Positions 59,729 through 64,000 of a stretch of DNA of 64,000 nucleotides are shown piece after piece. Both the position numbers and the translations under genes were made by a program. The DNA is taken from the NCBI GenBank assembly GCA_041651095.1, contig JBAZJV010000006.1, positions 8,986 through 72,985 of the forward strand, in the 5' to 3' direction. Each line of letters opens with the position of its first letter. Positions within the stretch are counted from its first letter, which is position 1. The notes under the pieces were generated by a model. The model searched no databases, had not been told where the DNA came from, and saw nothing but the letters and a program-made list of their open reading frames with translations. Source of the stretch: Patescibacteria group bacterium (GTDB lineage: Bacteria; Patescibacteriota; Patescibacteriia; Patescibacteriales; UBA12465).

Positions 59729-62700
59729 ATGAATATCCATATCCATCATCGTGGCGTTGAGCCGAAAGATCCCGTGCCGGTAGACATCGACGAGACCGCT
59801 TCGTCGGCCGCCGACTCGGCCGGCCGTCAGGCCGCGGTCCATTCCGGCAACCGCACCTCCGACCATCTTTATTTGGAACGCCTGCATTTTAATCCGGAGC
59901 TTAAGAAGAGCTGGATTCATTTTTTCATCGTCAATTTCCGTGTCGTCATCTTGCTGATCATCCTGCTCACCGGTCTGGGCCTGTATGCATTTTTTGCCTT
60001 GCCGCGCGAATCCAATCCGGAAGTGAAGATCCCAATCGCCGTCGTCTTTACGATTTATCCCGGCGCTTCGCCCGCTGATATCGAGGAACTGGTGACCAAG
60101 AAGATCGAGACCAAGATTTCCAGCGTCAAGAATCTCGACAAGATCACTTCCAATTCCTCTAATTCCGTATCGTCGATTACCGTGGAATTCGATTCCAAGG
60201 CCAATTTGGACGATTCCTTGCGCAGCCTGCGCGACGCCGTGAATAATGCCAAGCCCGATCTGCCGGCCGAGGCCGACGATCCTATAGTCAAGGAGATTTC
60301 CCTGGACGATTCGCCGATATTGACCCTGGCCTTGTCCGGACCTTATGACGGCTTTGTCGTCCGGCAGGCCGGCGATCAGATCAAGGATGAATTGGAAAAG
60401 ATTCCCGGCATCCGCGAGGTGAATATTTCCGGCGGCGACGAAAGGGAATTCATCGTCAGCTACGATCCACAGAAACTGGCTTTATATAATCTGTCCGCCG
60501 ACCAGGCTAACGCCAAGATCAAAGCGGCTAACCTGGCCATTCCGTCCGGCAATTTCGACGGTGTGCGTTTTTCCTATCCGGTCCGTTCCGACGGTCGTTT
60601 CTTTACGGCGGAAGCGCTCGGCCATACGCCGATCTTCCATACTGAGGCGGGAGCAATCATTTATCTGAAAGACCTGGCGACGGTCCAGGATTCGTCAGTC
60701 AAGAAAACCGTCTATTCCCGCGTGTCTTCGCACGGCCAGCCGGCCGCCGAGGCGGTCACTTTGCAAATCATCAAGAAGACCGGCGGCAATATCATCCAAA
60801 CGGTCGATCAGGCCAAGCAAGTCATGGACGAGCAGCTGGCCGAGCTGCCGCGCGGTCTGCATTACGATACGACCGTGGACATGTCCGAAGAAATAGTCAA
60901 GAATTTCGATCAGCTGACTCATGATTTCATCCTGACGCTTGTCCTGGTGTTCGCCATCCTGTTCCTGATCGTCGGCTTGAAGGAAGCGCTCGTCGCCGGT
61001 CTGGCTATCCCGTTGGTTTTTTTCGCTTCTTTCGGCGTCATGCTGCAGACCGGTATCAGCCTTAATTTCCTGTCGTTATTTTCCCTGATCCTCGCCTTGG
61101 GGCTCCTGGTCGATGACGCCATCGTCGTAGTTTCAGCGACTAAGCAGTACATGAAAATCGGCAAGTTCACGCCGGAAGAGGCCGTTCTGCTGGTGCTCCA
61201 TGATTTCCAGGGCGTCCTATTGACCACCACTTTGACCACGGTCTGGGCTTTCCTGCCCCTGCTCATGTCGACCGGCATCATCGGCCAGTTCATCAAATCT
61301 ATTCCGATCACCGTATCCGTAACCCTGATCTCTTCGCTGCTTATTGCGCTCATGATCAACCATCCTTTGGCTGCGGTCCTGGAACGCATCCGTTTGACGC
61401 GCAATTTCTTCTTCTTCTTTATCGCCCTGATCTTAGCTTTAGCCATCGCCCTCGGCTTATGGCTGGGCTTGGTCGGGATCCTGCTGGGGCTCATCCTGCT
61501 GGCCACCGACATCATCCTGATCATGTGGTACCGCAGCCGCGGCCGCAACATCCTGAAGCTGAACGCCGAATTAGTCGAACGCGAATGGGCGGATGATGAG
61601 CTGATCAAGAAGAAGTTGCGCGAACAGAGCAATCATGAAAGCGATAATCTCTGGCACCGCTTCCTGCACGGCATCATCCATTTCGACGTCTTTTTGCCGA
61701 TTTATGAAAAATACCTGCGCGTTCTGATAAGAACCAAGAAATCACGCCGCACGACGCTGGCCGTCGTCCTATTGTTGTTTTTAATTGCCGTCGCTTTGCC
61801 GGCGACCGGCATCGTCCAGAATCAGTTTTTCCCGCCGTCCGATTCCACGCAGATCGATATCAGCCTGGAAGGACCGACCGGCCTGAAGCTGGATGAAACC
61901 AACAAGATCGCCCGGCAAGTGGAAGAGCGTCTTTATAAATATCCGGAAATCGAGAATTTTTCAACCCTAGTCGGCGCTGGCTCCGGCTCCCACCTGACTA
62001 GCGGTTCTAATTCTTCCAATCTGGCCTCCTTTACTTTGAAGCTCACGCCGGAAAAGGATCGGAAAATAAGAGCCTATGAATTAGCGGACCAGATTACTGC
62101 CGACGTCGCCGACATCAAGGAAGCGACTATTAAAGCGGAAGCGCCGTCCGGCGGTCCGCCTTCCGGAGCGGCTTTCGAGGCTCATATCAACGGCGACGAC
62201 TTGCAGACTTTGGATAAGATCGCTCATGACCTGGAACCGATCCTCAAAAGCATTCCGGCCGTGTCCCAGACCGATGTTTCTCTCAAGGACGCGCCGGCCG
62301 ATTATACTTTCACTCTGGACCCGGCTCGGATGGAACTTTATGATCTTAACGCCGCCTATGTCGGTTCGGCTTTGCGCCTGGCGATCGCCGGCATGGAGGT
62401 GACCAAGGTTGTCGAACAGGGCAAGGAAGTTAAAGTCCTGGCCCAGTTCGCGCCGGATCGCCTGCCGAATCTGGAAGCGATCCAGAATCTGCAGATTTTA
62501 AACACCAAGAACCAGCCGGTCTTCCTGAAGGATGTCGCCAAGATAGAGCTCAAGCCTTCGGTCGCCACGATTACCCGCATCAACCAGCGCCGCACCACCC
62601 TCTTATCCGCCAGCCTTAAAGGCGGCGCCAATTCCAACTTGGTCGTCGCGGAATTCCAGAAAAAGGTTAAGAGCTACGCCATGCCGGATGGTTATAACAT

Positions 62701-63229
62701 TACTTACGGCGGCGAGAACGAACAGAACGCCGAATCGGTCCAGTCTATCCTGCGGGCGATGCTGGTCGCTTTCTTGCTGATCATTTCCACGCTGATTATC
62801 CAGTTTAATTCTTTCCGCAAGGCTTTCATCGTGCTAGTGACCATCCCCTTGGCGCTCATCGGCGTCTTCTTCGGCTTGGCGCTGGCGCGTCTACCTCTGT
62901 CTTTTCCGGGCCTGATCGGCATTTTGGCTCTCTGTGGCATCGTCGTCAAAAACGCCATCATCCTGGTCGACAAGATCAATCTTAATTTGAAAACCGGCAT
63001 CCCGTTCACGGCGGCGGTCGTTGACGCCGGCAAATCCCGGCTGGAAGCGATATTTATCACCTCTATTTGCACCATCTTAGGCATCATTCCGGTCACTTTT
63101 TCCAATGAGACCTGGCGGGCGCTCGGCAGCGTCGTGATTTTCGGACTCTTACTGTCTTCTTTCCTGACCTTATTCATCGTGCCGACGATGTTCATCTCCT
63201 TCATCAAGGAGAAGAAACGTTACGAATAG
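59729..63229 (+). CDS. RND family efflux transporter (AcrB/HAE-like)
   Basis: 1166 aa. Two large periplasmic loops and 12 or more TM segments. The TM4 motif reads LGLLVDDAIVVV and the C-terminal half has GIVVKNAIILVD. The ATG lies 1 nt after the adaptor stop. The ~60-aa N-terminal extension is uncertain. Confidence 0.85.
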   Translation: MNIHIHHRGVEPKDPVPVDIDETASSAADSAGRQAAVHSGNRTSDHLYLERLHFNPELKKSWIHFFIVNFRVVILLIILLTGLGLYAFFALPRESNPEVKIPIAVVFTIYPGASPADIEELVTKKIETKISSVKNLDKITSNSSNSVSSITVEFDSKANLDDSLRSLRDAVNNAKPDLPAEADDPIVKEISLDDSPILTLALSGPYDGFVVRQAGDQIKDELEKIPGIREVNISGGDEREFIVSYDPQKLALYNLSADQANAKIKAANLAIPSGNFDGVRFSYPVRSDGRFFTAEALGHTPIFHTEAGAIIYLKDLATVQDSSVKKTVYSRVSSHGQPAAEAVTLQIIKKTGGNIIQTVDQAKQVMDEQLAELPRGLHYDTTVDMSEEIVKNFDQLTHDFILTLVLVFAILFLIVGLKEALVAGLAIPLVFFASFGVMLQTGISLNFLSLFSLILALGLLVDDAIVVVSATKQYMKIGKFTPEEAVLLVLHDFQGVLLTTTLTTVWAFLPLLMSTGIIGQFIKSIPITVSVTLISSLLIALMINHPLAAVLERIRLTRNFFFFFIALILALAIALGLWLGLVGILLGLILLATDIILIMWYRSRGRNILKLNAELVEREWADDELIKKKLREQSNHESDNLWHRFLHGIIHFDVFLPIYEKYLRVLIRTKKSRRTTLAVVLLLFLIAVALPATGIVQNQFFPPSDSTQIDISLEGPTGLKLDETNKIARQVEERLYKYPEIENFSTLVGAGSGSHLTSGSNSSNLASFTLKLTPEKDRKIRAYELADQITADVADIKEATIKAEAPSGGPPSGAAFEAHINGDDLQTLDKIAHDLEPILKSIPAVSQTDVSLKDAPADYTFTLDPARMELYDLNAAYVGSALRLAIAGMEVTKVVEQGKEVKVLAQFAPDRLPNLEAIQNLQILNTKNQPVFLKDVAKIELKPSVATITRINQRRTTLLSASLKGGANSNLVVAEFQKKVKSYAMPDGYNITYGGENEQNAESVQSILRAMLVAFLLIISTLIIQFNSFRKAFIVLVTIPLALIGVFFGLALARLPLSFPGLIGILALCGIVVKNAIILVDKINLNLKTGIPFTAAVVDAGKSRLEAIFITSICTILGIIPVTFSNETWRALGSVVIFGLLLSSFLTLFIVPTMFISFIKEKKRYE

Positions 63230-63292
63230 TGGTCCCGTCCGCCGACGGGAGCCTGATAGCGGAGTTAATCTTAATCAATTAACTATAAATTT

Positions 63293-63961
63293 ATGGCTAA
63301 CCCCATCAAGCCAAGCCTGAAGACCGAATGGCTCGCCTGGCTGTTGATCGTCTTGAGCGCCGTAATCGCCGTCTATTTCTATCAGCATTTTCCGGACCGG
63401 GTCCCGACGCATTGGGATTTTAGCGGCCAGGTGGACGGTTACAGCTCGCGCGCCGTCGGCGCTTTCATTATGCCGCTGATGATGCTCGGCCTGTACCTGC
63501 TGTTCCTGTTTATTCCGTATCTGGATCCGCGGCGGGAGCAGTATGCCGCCTTCGCCGGCACCTACCATCAGTTCAAGAACCTGCTGGTCGCGTTTTTCTT
63601 CGTCATTTCCATCCTGACTGGCCTGAGCGGCTTAGGCTACGCGGTCAATATCGGTTTCCTGATACCGGTGCTGATCGGTTTGCTGTTCATACTGATCGGT
63701 TCTTTGCTGCACCGGGTCAAGATGAATTGGTTCATGGGCATCAGGACGCCCTGGACCATGTCCTCGGAAACGGTCTGGGACAAGACCCACGCTTTAAGCG
63801 GCCGGGTTTTTATGCTCTCTGGCCTGCTGATCGCCGCGACGGCGCTAGTCGCTAACCCCTGGAAACTGATCTTATTCATCGCGGCCATCGCCATCTTGGT
63901 CCTGGCTTTGCCGGTTTATTCTTATGTCCTGTTCCGGCAGGAAAAAGCCGGGAAAAAGTAA
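63293..63961 (+). CDS. SdpI/YhfL-family membrane protein (DUF1648 + SdpI-like)
   Basis: The N-terminus reads FPDRVPTHWDFSGQVDGY. RVKMNWFMGIRTPWTMSSETVWDKTH is typical of the SdpI immunity family. Confidence 0.65.
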   Translation: MANPIKPSLKTEWLAWLLIVLSAVIAVYFYQHFPDRVPTHWDFSGQVDGYSSRAVGAFIMPLMMLGLYLLFLFIPYLDPRREQYAAFAGTYHQFKNLLVAFFFVISILTGLSGLGYAVNIGFLIPVLIGLLFILIGSLLHRVKMNWFMGIRTPWTMSSETVWDKTHALSGRVFMLSGLLIAATALVANPWKLILFIAAIAILVLALPVYSYVLFRQEKAGKK

Positions 63962-64000
63962 CTTCAGATTTGTGGATATAAAAAACCCTTCTTGAAAAAA

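Noticed and set aside
63971-63979. A DnaA-box-like TGTGGATAT, and the idea that gyrB marks a nearby replication origin.
   Set aside because: It is a single 8-of-9 match with no cluster of boxes. No dnaA, dnaN or recF is in the window, and I could not compute GC skew.
1-64000. CRISPR arrays, transposases, integrases, prophage genes, reverse transcriptase/DGR components, and alternative genetic code (UGA recoding).
   Set aside because: I found no regularly spaced direct repeats and no DDE, tyrosine-recombinase, serine-recombinase or YxDD motifs in any ORF. TGA functions as a stop (for example 38091-38093), and long genes read through without needing recoding.

Overview
This 64-kb window is a stretch of a compact bacterial chromosome. 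It holds about 60 protein genes and 4 tRNAs (Glu-CUC, Thr-GGU, Tyr-GUA, Trp-CCA). I found no rRNA, CRISPR array, transposase, integrase or phage genes. All family calls come from motifs read by eye in the supplied translations; no BLAST, HMM search or RNA folding was run.

The gene content points to a reduced Patescibacteria/CPR-like genome, which is inference only. The evidence is fmt/def, clpB, gyrB, pgk-eno, tpiA, mutM, rpmG, queH plus yhhQ, a T4SS-pilin-like small protein, a beta-propeller lipoprotein, many orphan membrane proteins, and mostly Shine-Dalgarno-less starts.

The backbone genes are G+C-rich. Embedded among them are several visibly A/T-richer, self-contained cassettes, each with a consensus sigma70 promoter, a strong SD and a hairpin terminator.

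The candidates most worth follow-up are:
1. An orphan XylF-like binding protein plus a HAMP-PAS histidine kinase, flanked by two output-less receiver proteins (40.9-44.8 kb). There is no cognate ABC transporter, and the locus is bracketed by orphan ATCase-like and Prs-like genes.
2. A membrane-anchored Clp/Hsp100 paralog with a degenerate first ATPase module. It is divergent from a clpB gene that carries a perfect CIRCE operator.
3. A tRNA-Glu-adjacent module at the left edge. A non-Phd HTH-Doc pair and an unknown two-gene operon both sit behind the same TAACAT/ATGTTA palindromes.
4. A single-gene cassette bracketed by a perfect 29-bp inverted repeat.
5. A two-gene unknown operon between tRNA-Thr and tRNA-Tyr.
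6. Two catalytically degenerate enzyme homologs: an HtrA-like protein with no histidine, and a truncated iPGM-like protein in the pgk-eno cluster.

None of these can be called a new system from sequence reading alone.
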